Source: Pseudodesulfovibrio piezophilus C1TLV30 (lineage in GTDB: Bacteria; Desulfobacterota; Desulfovibrionia; Desulfovibrionales; Desulfovibrionaceae). Taken from it: a stretch of 32,000 nucleotides of DNA. Positions 1 to 10,000 of the stretch are shown piece by piece (the stretch's first letter is position 1; the number at the start of each line of letters is the position of its first letter). The notes below the pieces were generated by a model, which was not told the DNA's origin, ran no database searches, and was given only the letters and a program-made list of their open reading frames with translations. The DNA is taken from assembly GCF_000341895.1 (NCBI RefSeq), contig NC_020409.1, positions 2,460,001-2,492,000 of the forward strand, written 5' to 3'. A program made the translations under genes and the position numbers.

Positions 1-496
1 TTTTTACTTTCCGTTTGGTATTGTTGATGATGCAGAATTGAGAAATATCTGCCGCAGTCCCGGCGGTTGTCGGGATGCATATGAGTGGCGGCCCTGGGTG
101 TTGGACATTATCCACGCCTTCAAAATCAAGGATATGACGTCCATTGGTGCAGACAATACCTATGGCCTTGGCGCAGTCCATGGGCGATCCACCTCCGACG
201 GCGATGATGGTGTCGCATCCTTCCTTGAGATAGACCTCCGCTCCGGCCATGACTTCTCCGTCACGAGGGTTGGGTGTGACATCGGAGAAAAGGGTGCTTT
301 TAACGCCGGCTTTGGCCAGACTTTGCATGACATTGTCCGGGATACCCAGTTTTTCGAGGACATGACCAGAGACTATCAGAGCTTTTTTTGACGCCAGATT
401 GGCTGCGTATTGACCTGCCAGCTCGGCAGCTCCGGCTCCGAAGACAAATTCGGGTGCCACGAATTTTCTGAGTTCCGAAATGTCATAGCTCGACAT
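1..496 (-). CDS. iron-containing (group III) alcohol dehydrogenase, N-terminal part only; the 3' end lies beyond the window edge
   Basis: This gene is absent from the ORF track because it runs off the window. My minus-strand translation from ATG 496 (alternative ATG 502) reads MSSYDISELRKFVAPEFVFGAGAAELAGQYAANLASKKALIVSGHVLEKLGIPDNVMQSLAKAGVKSTLFSDVTPNPRDGEVMAGAEVYLKEGCDTIIAVGGGSPMDCAKAIGIVCTNG...PLICIPTTAGTAADISQF. The GGGSxxD and PTTAGT motifs are Fe-ADH hallmarks. A GGAGG lies about 9 nt upstream of ATG 496. Confidence 0.85.
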   Translation of the reverse strand, partial: MSSYDISELRKFVAPEFVFGAGAAELAGQYAANLASKKALIVSGHVLEKLGIPDNVMQSLAKAGVKSTLFSDVTPNPRDGEVMAGAEVYLKEGCDTIIAVGGGSPMDCAKAIGIVCTNGRHILDFEGVDNVQHPGPPLICIPTTAGTAADISQFCIINNTKRKVK

Positions 497-596
497 GGTC
501 ATACTCCTCCCCGTGTTCTCTTTCCGAAAGTTTCTCCTTTTAGCAGTATCGTATGAAATGGGCCTTGTAAAACCCGTTAGATTGATAAATGCGGAA

Positions 597-3500
597 TTAG
601 GCTTTCTTCTTCATGAGGGCAAGAAGCTGGTCAAGGGCAGAACTCAATGTCTTTAAGGCATCCTTGCAGGGTGAGCCTTGTCGGCAGGATATTTCCAGAT
701 TGGCCGCAGCTGTGGCTGCCACGTGAGCGCCTATGGATAAGCAGATGGACTTGAGCGTATGGGCAAGGTAGGCCGATGTTTTCTTGTTTCCGGAGCCGAC
801 GGCCTGTTTGATCTCTTCGGCCATATTGGTCATTTCGGTCTTGGCTGTGGTCAGGAAATCCTGGAATATGGCTTCGTCGACACCGAGATCCTCCATGGCT
901 TGCTCCGGCGACCACATGACAGGGAACTCTTCCTTGGTCTGGGGGGAGTCCGGTCCCACTCTTTCAACAATTTTATCCCGGACGGTCGGCAATGTCTTCC
1001 TGGAGGTTTGTCTGGATGGTGAGATCATGGCCCGTGTGCCGACCAGACGATTAATGATTGCGCTCAATTCGTTGAAATCCACTGGCTTGGAAACATAATC
1101 GTCCATACCTGCGTCCAGGCTCTTGTCTCGGAATTCCTTGAGCGCGTGGGCAGTGACCCCGATGATGGGAATGGCCGGATTGGGGATGGGACCGCCAGGG
1201 ACGGCGGAGCGTATCGCCTTGGTGGCCGAAATTCCGTCCAGGACCGGCATCTCGATATCCATGAGGATCAGATCAAAATCTTCATTCTTAAGAAGTTCAA
1301 GGACTTCAAGTCCGTTGCTGGCCACGGAATAGGTATACCCCATTTCTTCAAGCCTGAGAGATGTGACCATGACATTGACATCGTTATCCTCTGCCACCAG
1401 CACATGCACCCCGCCGGTGGAAGACATCGCGGCCTTTGGAAGCCCTGTATCGGGAGTGGGGCAGGCAAAGCCGGGTTCATACCAAGCGGTAAAGGCAAAA
1501 GTACTGCCATTGCCGACCTTGCTTTCCACACAAATATCGCCGCCCATGAGTCCGATCAGTTGTTTGCAGATCGCGAGGCCGAGGCCCGTGCCGCCAAATG
1601 CCCGTGTTGTTTGGGAAAAGCTTTGAAAGATGGTGTCCATGAATTCTTCGGGAATACCGATTCCGGTATCTTCCACTTCAAAGAGCAGCCCGATGGTGCG
1701 GGCGTCGGATGCGGTCCTATGCGGGTCCGGGGCGGCTTTGCTGACCCGAATAGAGATGATTCCCCTGTGCGTGAACTTGATGGCGTTGCCCACCAGATTC
1801 ATCAAAACCTGGCGGAGTGACAAGGGATCGCCCTTGACGCAGGTCGGAACATCTTCCGCAATATCAAGGATTACCTTTAATTCCTTTTCACGGCCCTGTA
1901 TTTCCAGCCCCTTGATGGTGGTCCTGACATGATAGGGCAGGTCGAAATCGGTTCTATCAAGAGTCAGCTTTCGCGCTTCAATCTTTGAAAGGTCGAGAAT
2001 ATCATTGATGATAGACAGTAAATGCCGGGCCGAATTCATGACAGTGTGTAGGTAATCCCGTTGGGCATCATTCAATTCTGTCTGAAGGGTAATTTCAGTC
2101 ATACCGACAATGGCATTCATGGGAGTACGAATTTCATGGCTCATGGCTGCCAGAAATTCACTTTTCGCCCGGTTGGCGGCTTCGGCATCTTCTCGCGTGC
2201 GCATGAGGTCTTCCTGGGCGCGGCGGTGTTCGGAAATATCATCCCAAGCCCAGATAATCCCCCTTCCCAGGCTTTCCGGTGCCATGGCTTTGGCATACAT
2301 GCGGCACCAGATGGCATTCCCGTTCTTGTCTCTGAATGCCTGCTCTGTATTGAACTCTCCTCGCGCCTGGAGTGCGTCGCGCGACTCCTGGATGAATTCC
2401 TCGACAGCATTTTGGTCATCAAGAAGAAAGGAAATGTCATTGCCGATCAGATCGCCGGGAGCATAACCGAATATCTCGGCACCGCGTCTGTTGATAGTGA
2501 CGAATTTACGCCCTCGCGACATGGCGATACCGACCAGTGAGTTCTCCAATATCGCTTCGAATTTGGAGAGAGATTGGCGTATTCTGTTCTCGGATTCCTT
2601 GCGGACCGAGATGTCGCGGACATTGGCGAGGATGGCTTCCTGACCACGAAAGACGATACGGTTCAGATAGACTTCGGCGTCAAATTCGGAACCATCATGG
2701 GGGCGACGCCCCTTCCATTCGAAGTATTGTGGTTCGCCGTTGATCACCGCCCGCCAAATGGCGGAGAGCCGGTAGACGGCATTGTCGCGGCTGGACATGT
2801 CTCTAGCTATGGAGAGATCACTGATTTCATCTCGGGTGATGCGATACATCTTGAGCATGCGGGCGTTGACATCAAGGATATGTCCTCCGACATCATGGAT
2901 GAAAATCGCATCGTGGGAAGAGTCGAAAACCGTTCGCATGGCTTCCACGGATTCTTTGGCTTCGCTGGTCCGGCTACGAACCCGTTCTTCGAGAAGCTGG
3001 TGCGCCTTGCGCAGTTCCTTTTCCGCATATTTGCGTCGGGCCGTGTTTGCCATCAGGACCAGAATGATCACCATTTGAATGGTGGTAAATGCGGCTCCGG
3101 CCCAGATGAGTTTCGTATTTTCCGCATAGAAAGAGCGGGGCTGATTGATGATCACGGAATCTTCCGGCAGCATATCCAGATTGATATTGTAGTGCTTGAG
3201 CTGCTGGTAATCGAACATGAGTGATGACAGGCTCTGTTTTATGACCGGGATATCTTGCGGATGTCGTCCTGCCAGCACATGCAAGGCGATCTGGGCCATG
3301 GATTGGCCTTGTGAGTATCCGCTTGTGAGCATCCCGCCTACGATGCCGTGCCCGAGATCGAAATCAAGCAGACCATAGACAGGGACCGTTGCTGCTTCGG
3401 AGATGGTTTCAATGGCCTCCGGTGCTTCATGAAAACGGCCTGATTTATCTCGATAATAGACCCCGTACAGCACAATGCTGTTTTTTGGAAGAGCTTGGAC

Positions 3501-4178
3501 TTCCTGTACGATCTCTCTTAAATCTTTTCCTTTTGCATACAGTACTTCGATTCCGGCAACAAAATCTTTGAGAGCCAGTCGTATGTTTCTGCTGATAGAC
3601 AGTCCCGATGGCGTGGAGTCATTGATCACATAGACGTGTTCTGTCTCGGGATGGAGGTTCAGCGCCCACCACAGTGTGCCTTTGGCATCCATGTTTTCAG
3701 CCACCCCCGTGAAAAGCGGCTGGCCCTTGATCAATTCATCCCTGAAAAAATTGATGCCGCAGAAGACCACGGGAACATTCGGGAACAGCTCGTCATGAAA
3801 GCGTCGCATGAACTCCAGGGCATTATTGTCCGTGACCATGATCAGGTCGATAGTCATGCCGTTGAATTTATGCAGGTATACATCATGGAGATGCTGGATA
3901 TATTGTTCGCTGAATGTGACCCGCTTGGTATCCATGTTTTCCACATGGAGGGTAATGCCTGTTTCCTTGGGACGCAGGACATCCATGAGGCCGCTGAATA
4001 TCTCCTCGTTCCAACTGAAGGTATGGTGATAAGAGTTCAGGAGCAGGATATGCTTTCTTTGCAGGTCGGTCGCCGTGGCGTGGGCTGGGCAGAAGATCAT
4101 GCCCAGCATCACAATAACCGACATGGTGATGCTGATTGATTTCAATGCGCGCAAGGGAGGTAAGAAGTGGCGTTTCAT
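597..4178 (-). CDS. hybrid sensor histidine kinase: signal/TM, periplasmic ABC-substrate-binding-like sensor domain, TM, PAS x2-3, HisKA, HATPase_c, REC, Hpt
   Basis: The track ORF spans 597..4322. I place the start at ATG 4178 (MKRHFLPPLRALKSISITMSVIVMLGMIFCPAHA, signal/TM-like). Supporting motifs are the H-box FLAAMSHEIRTPMNAIVGM, the G-box GGTGLGLAICKQLIGLMGG, a receiver (VLVAEDNDVN...LILMDIEMPVLDG...KP) and a C-terminal Hpt-like AHTLKSICLSIGA. A second TM segment is LIWAGAAFTTIQMVIILVLMA. Confidence 0.93.
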   Translation of the reverse strand: MKRHFLPPLRALKSISITMSVIVMLGMIFCPAHATATDLQRKHILLLNSYHHTFSWNEEIFSGLMDVLRPKETGITLHVENMDTKRVTFSEQYIQHLHDVYLHKFNGMTIDLIMVTDNNALEFMRRFHDELFPNVPVVFCGINFFRDELIKGQPLFTGVAENMDAKGTLWWALNLHPETEHVYVINDSTPSGLSISRNIRLALKDFVAGIEVLYAKGKDLREIVQEVQALPKNSIVLYGVYYRDKSGRFHEAPEAIETISEAATVPVYGLLDFDLGHGIVGGMLTSGYSQGQSMAQIALHVLAGRHPQDIPVIKQSLSSLMFDYQQLKHYNINLDMLPEDSVIINQPRSFYAENTKLIWAGAAFTTIQMVIILVLMANTARRKYAEKELRKAHQLLEERVRSRTSEAKESVEAMRTVFDSSHDAIFIHDVGGHILDVNARMLKMYRITRDEISDLSIARDMSSRDNAVYRLSAIWRAVINGEPQYFEWKGRRPHDGSEFDAEVYLNRIVFRGQEAILANVRDISVRKESENRIRQSLSKFEAILENSLVGIAMSRGRKFVTINRRGAEIFGYAPGDLIGNDISFLLDDQNAVEEFIQESRDALQARGEFNTEQAFRDKNGNAIWCRMYAKAMAPESLGRGIIWAWDDISEHRRAQEDLMRTREDAEAANRAKSEFLAAMSHEIRTPMNAIVGMTEITLQTELNDAQRDYLHTVMNSARHLLSIINDILDLSKIEARKLTLDRTDFDLPYHVRTTIKGLEIQGREKELKVILDIAEDVPTCVKGDPLSLRQVLMNLVGNAIKFTHRGIISIRVSKAAPDPHRTASDARTIGLLFEVEDTGIGIPEEFMDTIFQSFSQTTRAFGGTGLGLAICKQLIGLMGGDICVESKVGNGSTFAFTAWYEPGFACPTPDTGLPKAAMSSTGGVHVLVAEDNDVNVMVTSLRLEEMGYTYSVASNGLEVLELLKNEDFDLILMDIEMPVLDGISATKAIRSAVPGGPIPNPAIPIIGVTAHALKEFRDKSLDAGMDDYVSKPVDFNELSAIINRLVGTRAMISPSRQTSRKTLPTVRDKIVERVGPDSPQTKEEFPVMWSPEQAMEDLGVDEAIFQDFLTTAKTEMTNMAEEIKQAVGSGNKKTSAYLAHTLKSICLSIGAHVAATAAANLEISCRQGSPCKDALKTLSSALDQLLALMKKKA

Positions 4179-4392
4179 GATAATGTACCTGAGAGTTTCA
4201 AGAGTGCCGACCCTATCAGATGCATATATGGAAATAAAGACAGCACCGATTGAGTCGCCTTTGGTTTTTGAGCGCTTGTGTTGACTTACCCCGGTCATGG
4301 CCGGGCATTCTTGAAGAAACATGGTCTGGATATGATTTTTTTTTATGGAGGAACAGTTTTTTTACACTTTATAATCTTCTTTTTATCCTTTT

Positions 4393-4406
4393 TTGACTCA
4401 AGTCAT
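4393..4406. promoter_or_regulatory. candidate CRP/FNR-family (HcpR-type) operator, TTGAC-N4-GTCAT, upstream of hcp
   Basis: The sequence TTGACTCAAGTCAT is a 5+5 inverted repeat with one imperfect outer position. Its centre lies 32 nt upstream of the centre of a -10-like TAAACA (4429-4434), which is the class II (-41.5) geometry. It sits 74-87 nt upstream of the hcp ATG, inside a T-rich intergenic region. Confidence 0.4.
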
Positions 4407-4479
4407 ACTGATGATATCGGGAATGTTCTAAACAAGGACTCAACGACGGAAACTTTCCAAAACATAAAGGAGTACACCC

Positions 4480-6087
4480 ATGTTTTGTTATCAATGTGAA
4501 CAAACCGCCAAAGGCGGCTGCACCAAAGTTGGCGTGTGTGGCAAGAAAGACACCACTGCATCCCTTCAGGATCTTCTTCTTTACTTGACCAAAGGATTGG
4601 CTCAGGTAGCCGTGGCTGCTCGCAAAGCAGGAATTGAAGACGCGGAAGCTAATCTATTTACCGCAAAAGCGGTTTTTTCCACTCTGACCAATGTTAACTT
4701 TGACGATACCCGTTTTGTCGCGTTGATTGAAGAGTGTGTCGCCAAGCGTGATGCGCTCAAAGCCAGAATTCCTTCTGTTGAATTCTCCGGCCCCGCCATT
4801 TTTATTCCGGCAGCTGACCTGGCTGGCCTCGTGGAGCAGGGGAAAGAGTTCGGTGTCGAAAATGACCCTGAAACCAACCCTGACCTCAAGTCCCTGAAGC
4901 AGACTTTGACCTATGGACTCAAGGGTGTCTGCGCCTATGCTGATCATGCCGCCATTCTGGGCAAGGAAGACAATGAATTGTACGCCAAGATTCAAGGATT
5001 GCTTGCTGCGACACTGTCCACGGACTTGACCTTGGAGCAGTGTGTGGAAGCCGGTCTTGAATGCGGTCGTATCAACATTCGCGCCATGGAGTTGCTGGAC
5101 GATGCCAATACTTCCACGTATGGCCACCCCGAACCTACTGAAGTGAAACTCGGGGCCACGGCAGGCAAGGCCATTCTTGTTTCCGGGCATGACCTCAAGG
5201 ACCTGGCGACATTGCTCAAGCAGACTGAAGGCAAGGGCATCAATATCTATACTCATGGTGAAATGCTGCCTTGTACTGCATATCCCGAGTTGAAGAAATA
5301 CAAGCATCTTGCCGGTCACTACGGCACGGCATGGCAGAATCAGCAGAAGGAGTTCGCAGAATTCCCCGGTGCCATTCTCATGACCACCAACTGCATACAG
5401 AAGCCCACAAATTATATGGATTCGATCTTCACCACCGGCCTTGTCGGTTGGCCCGGAGCCGTTCATGTTTCCAATGACGATTTCACTCCCGTGATCGAAA
5501 AGGCGCTTGCCATGGAAGGGTTCCCTGAAGACACCGAAAAGGGAACTGTTATGACAGGCTTTGCCCGCAATGCTGTCATGTCTGTTGCCGGAACCGTTAT
5601 AGACGCGGTCAAGGCCGGGAATATCAAGCACTTTTTCCTCGTCGGCGGTTGTGACGGAGCCAAGCCCGGGCGTAACTACTATACCGAGTTTGTGGAAAAA
5701 ACCCCTGCCGATACCGTGGTTCTGACACTGGCCTGCGGCAAATTCCGTTTCTTTGACAAGCAGCTTGGCGATATCGGCGGCATCCCCCGTCTGCTCGACA
5801 TCGGTCAGTGCAACGACGCCTATTCCGCTGTCCAGATCGCTCTGGCTTTGGCCGATGCCTTTGATTGCGAAGTCAATGACCTGCCGCTTTCTCTGGTCTT
5901 GTCCTGGTATGAGCAGAAGGCTGTGGCAATCCTGCTCTCACTGCTCGCCCTGGGTATCAAGAATATCAAGCTCGGCCCCACACTGCCTGCGTTCATCACT
6001 CCGAATGTTTTGAACTTCCTGGTCGAAAATTATAATATTGCTCCCATCTCCACACCGGATGAAGACCTCAAGGAAATCCTCGGATAA
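4480..6087 (+). CDS. hcp: hydroxylamine reductase / hybrid cluster protein (class I Hcp)
   Basis: The N-terminus MFCYQCEQTAKGGCTKVGVCGK carries the Cx2Cx7Cx5C cluster motif. The 535-aa length fits Hcp, the protein reads as Hcp along its full length, and AAGGAG lies 7 nt upstream of the ATG. Confidence 0.96.
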   Translation: MFCYQCEQTAKGGCTKVGVCGKKDTTASLQDLLLYLTKGLAQVAVAARKAGIEDAEANLFTAKAVFSTLTNVNFDDTRFVALIEECVAKRDALKARIPSVEFSGPAIFIPAADLAGLVEQGKEFGVENDPETNPDLKSLKQTLTYGLKGVCAYADHAAILGKEDNELYAKIQGLLAATLSTDLTLEQCVEAGLECGRINIRAMELLDDANTSTYGHPEPTEVKLGATAGKAILVSGHDLKDLATLLKQTEGKGINIYTHGEMLPCTAYPELKKYKHLAGHYGTAWQNQQKEFAEFPGAILMTTNCIQKPTNYMDSIFTTGLVGWPGAVHVSNDDFTPVIEKALAMEGFPEDTEKGTVMTGFARNAVMSVAGTVIDAVKAGNIKHFFLVGGCDGAKPGRNYYTEFVEKTPADTVVLTLACGKFRFFDKQLGDIGGIPRLLDIGQCNDAYSAVQIALALADAFDCEVNDLPLSLVLSWYEQKAVAILLSLLALGIKNIKLGPTLPAFITPNVLNFLVENYNIAPISTPDEDLKEILG

Positions 6088-6104
6088 TCCTCAACCATAA
6101 AGCA

Positions 6105-6146
6105 AGCCCCTGCTCCGACACATGTCGAAGCAGGGGCTTTTCTGTT
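6105..6146 (+). terminator. rho-independent terminator after hcp, possibly bidirectional with the convergent gene ending at 6163
   Basis: A perfect 10-bp stem pairs AGCCCCTGCT (6105-6114) with AGCAGGGGCT (6129-6138) around a 14-nt loop, followed by TTTTCTGTT. Confidence 0.75.
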
Positions 6147-6162
6147 GACGGGAGGGGAGATC

Positions 6163-6927
6163 TTAGAACCGAATCAGATAGCGGCGGGCGATCTTGTTGT
6201 AGGTTCCATCCTGGCGCATCTTGCTGATGGCGATTCCCAATGCCTGGAGTATCTCTTCCTTGTGGGGATAGGTCGAGGTTCGGGAAAGAGCGAGGTAGGA
6301 AGGCTTTTTGGTCAGAAGTTTCTTGGGCAGATACACGATGGAGCTGGTGAGTCCCATATCCTTGAGTCGGTAGTATGTGACGTCGATATTTCCCGCATAG
6401 GCATCAATTTCGCCTGAGAGAAGACCCCTCAGTGCTGCGGTCAGGTCAGGGTAGTCCTTGGCTTGCATGATACCTGCATCAAGGGCGTCATGAAATTCCT
6501 TGCCGAGATCAGTCCCGGCGATTCGTCCTATAATCTTCCGTTTGAGGTCGGTGTAGGAGTCAAAGGAAAAGGTGTCACCGACCTTGGTGAAAAGTACATA
6601 TTCACTGAAATGAATGGGAGCATCCCGCATGAAGGAAGCCACCTTGTCCCTGTCCGGGGTAGGGAAGAGCGCAAACGCCCCGACGCATTCGCCGGTTTTC
6701 AGCCTCAGCAGCAGTGTGTCCAGTGGTGCCATGTCTATCTGGATGTCCAATCCGGCCCGTTTGGCTGCTTCAGTGATGACATCCACATCGATCCCGGCAG
6801 GCTGTCCATCTTTTTCCATGGAATAGGGCGCAAAGTCGATATTTGTTACGAAGACAGGGTGTTGTGCCATTGCAGTCGAGGCAAAGATGGTCAGAACGAG
6901 GGCGAAGGCAAAAAGATATGAACGCAT
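6163..6927 (-). CDS. periplasmic solute-binding protein, family 3 (amino-acid/polar solute type)
   Basis: The track ORF spans 6163..7098. I place the start at ATG 6927 (MRSYLFAFALVLTIFASTAMAQ, a signal peptide) with AGGAG upstream. The body matches the SBP_bac_3 style (FAPYSMEKDGQPAGIDVDVI...). Confidence 0.88.
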   Translation of the reverse strand: MRSYLFAFALVLTIFASTAMAQHPVFVTNIDFAPYSMEKDGQPAGIDVDVITEAAKRAGLDIQIDMAPLDTLLLRLKTGECVGAFALFPTPDRDKVASFMRDAPIHFSEYVLFTKVGDTFSFDSYTDLKRKIIGRIAGTDLGKEFHDALDAGIMQAKDYPDLTAALRGLLSGEIDAYAGNIDVTYYRLKDMGLTSSIVYLPKKLLTKKPSYLALSRTSTYPHKEEILQALGIAISKMRQDGTYNKIARRYLIRF

Positions 6928-7055
6928 ACGGTACTCCTGAAAGGATCGGGTTTTGTGACTCTCTACGCGGTTCGACGCGGGGAGACAAGCTGGGGTGTGG
7001 AACTGTGTCGTATTATAATTAAATCCTTTTTCCTTTTGCAGTACAAGTGCTGATA

Positions 7056-10000
7056 ATGGGAGACAAAGCCAGAGGGGTATACAGGGTGAGCAGTTCACAG
7101 GTGCTGGTTATAGACGATAACCCGACATTCAGGGCATTGGTCCAGGTTCACCTGGCCAAGAAGGGGTATGATGTTGTCGAGGCAGACAGCGGACCTGAAG
7201 GAATCGAGCTGTTCATGCACAATCTGCCGGATGTGGTGTTGGTGGATTTGCGTATGCCTGAGATGGACGGACATGAGGTCCTTGTCGATCTGGCTGGGCG
7301 TTCAGCGGAGATACCCCTGATCGTGATAACCGGAGACAGTCAAATAGAGGATGCGATCAAGGCCTTGCGAAACGGGGCTTGGGATTTTGTCACCAAGGGA
7401 GAGGACTTCCTGTCCGAATTGGACAGTGCTCTGACCAAAGGGCTTGAACGGTCCGAGTCAGTCGCTCGGGAGCGGAAGCGCCTTGATCGGGAAATCGCCG
7501 AAAGACGTAAGGCAGAAGCTGCCTTGAAGGGGCAGTTGGAGTTTATTCAGACTGTTATCGATGCGGTTCCGAATCAGATTTTTTATAAGGGACGTGATGG
7601 GGTCTATCTCGGATGCAACAAGGCTTTCGAGGATTTGGTGGGATTGTCGGCCGGAGAGATAATAGGCAAACGGGTTCAGGATATTGCCCCTCCTGGTGAA
7701 CGGGATATGTATGTTCGCAAGGATGAGGAACTCTATTTCGGAACCAAGAATCAGGAATTTGAACAGCGTACCCGATTTGGTGGCGTGGTTCGGGATATTT
7801 TGGTGCGCAAGGCCCTGTTCCGGGATCTGGAAGGACAGCCCAACGGCATTGTCGGTGTCTTGAGTGATATTACCCGTCAGAAGGAGAGTCAGCAGGAATT
7901 GCGGGCAAGCAAGGAACGGTTCCGTTCCCTTCTCGAATCTTCCCCCCTCCCCATCATCATCGCCGATATCGAGGACGGTTCATGCGTCTATGTCAATCAC
8001 CGGGGAGCAGAATATTTCGGAGTGGACCCGACAGAAGCTGTCGGTATGTCCACCATGACGTTTTATCCTGATCATGCGCTGTGGGAGAGGCTGAAGGCCG
8101 GTGTGCTTCAAAACGGTATTTTGTCCGATGAAGAGGTCGAGGTGCGCCGGTTTGACGGAACACATCTCTGGACGCTGGCATCGGCATCATCCATGGAATT
8201 GGATGGCAACCGTGTGATGAGCATTTCCTTTTCCGATCTGACAGAGCGCAAAGATTTGGAAGAAGCGATGGAGAAATTCAAATTCATAGCCAATGCCTCC
8301 CATGACATGATGACTCTAAGTAACAGGGAATTTCTCTATGAGGCGGCGAACCAGGCATATCTGGATCAACATGGGAAGAGTGAAGAGGCCATTCTCGGCC
8401 ATTCCATGACCGATGTTTGGGGAGAGGAGTCCTTCACCAAAGGGATTCAACCGTACTTTACCCAGTGCCTATCCGGCACGGCTGTCAAATATGAAGCGCG
8501 CTTTTCTTTTTCCGGGAAATCTCCCCGTGATTATGAAGTCAGCATGTACCCGTATTTCGGTTCTGATGGTCAAGTTTCTCATGTTGCCACGGTCTCCAAG
8601 GATATTACTGAAGCGCTGGAGGCCAAAGCGGAGATACTGGAAAGCCGGGAACATTTCAGAACCATCTTCGAAAGCTCCTTGGACCCCATCGTTCTTTTTG
8701 ACAGCCGATTGCACGTCTTTGGCATGAATACATCGGCCATCGCCAAGTTCGGCTTCAATCAACAGGCGGTCATGGGACATGACATGAGGAAATTTTTTGT
8801 CTCCACCCCGGATTTTGTTCTTTTCAGAAAAACCGTTATGCCGATTTTGGAAAGTCAGGGAGCCTGGATGGGAGATTGGACATTCGCCAATAGCGCGAAG
8901 ATGGCAATACCGACCGAAACTACCATCTCGGCTATTCCACCCCGTGCAGATGGAGAAGAAAGGGGGTATGTCGCTATTGTGCGGGATATTAGCCCGAGGA
9001 TTCGCGCAGAGAATGAGCGCAGGGAAACCGAGGAACGGTACAGGGCCGTGTTTGAGTCTTCTGGCGCAGCGACGATTCTTGTCGATGAAGAGGGGATTGT
9101 TACCAAGGCCAATCAACGTTTTCTCGACCTTTTTGAAGCCCCGGCCAGTGATATTGAAGGGCGAATTCATTGGAACGAGTTTGTTGCGGATGAAGACAAG
9201 AAATTCATGGAGCAGCGAAAAGAGACATTGGTCCGTGCACCAGGGCATATCTCCCGGTATGAATTTCGATTCATGTCGTTAAGCGGGGAGTTGCGGCATG
9301 TCTTTCTGGAAGCCAGCGTCCTTCCGGGAACTGACCAATCCATCGTGTCCATTACGGATATCACGGATCGAAAACGTGATGAGAATCGGCTGCGTGAAGC
9401 TTTGGATGAAATGGAGGCCATTCAGCAGAATACTATCGTGGGAATCGGGTTGTTCCTTGATGACAAGATTGTGCGCATCAACAAGCGCGGGGCAGAAATT
9501 TTCGGTTATGAGCCGAAAGATATCCTTGGCCGGTCTCCCTCTGCCTTTTTCCTTTCCGAGCGGAGCTACATGAGTTTTCGCAGGCGTTGTGTCTATAACC
9601 TTATCGTTCATGGTGCCTTTCAGTCGGAGCGGTCCTTTCGTCGGGTTGATGCCACCTGGATATGGGTACACCTTTATGCCCAACCAGTGGATAGGACGGA
9701 TTTGAGAAAAGGTGTCATCTGGACCATCCTTGATATCTCGGAGCGTCGGCATAATGAAATAGTGGCCAATATGCTCTATCAGATTTCCAATGCCGTCAGT
9801 TCTACCTCAGACCTTCATGAATTTTATGAACGAATTCACGCGATCCTCAGTCGAACCATCAATGCGACCAATTTTTTTATTGCCCTTTTGGACAAAGATC
9901 AGCAGATGCTGGAATTTTCTTACTTCGAGGATGAGAAAGATGACCTCAAAGGACATGTTCTCGACCTCCGCCAGCATGGGAAAAAAAGCCTTTCTGCCGA

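Noticed and set aside
4654-5631. A 325-aa minus-strand ORF inside hcp. Similar cases are 8469-9248 and 9279-9752 inside kinase 2, 21011-21838 inside the DAC-fold gene, and 1146-1820 and 2574-3224 inside kinase 1.
   Set aside because: All lie antisense or out of frame to genes with strong domain evidence, and none has motifs of its own. They are shadow ORFs.
7037-7052. A sigma54-like element on the minus strand (CAGCAC-N5-CTGCA) upstream of the solute-binding protein gene.
   Set aside because: The invariant -24 GG dinucleotide reads AG, which is normally incompatible with sigma54 binding.
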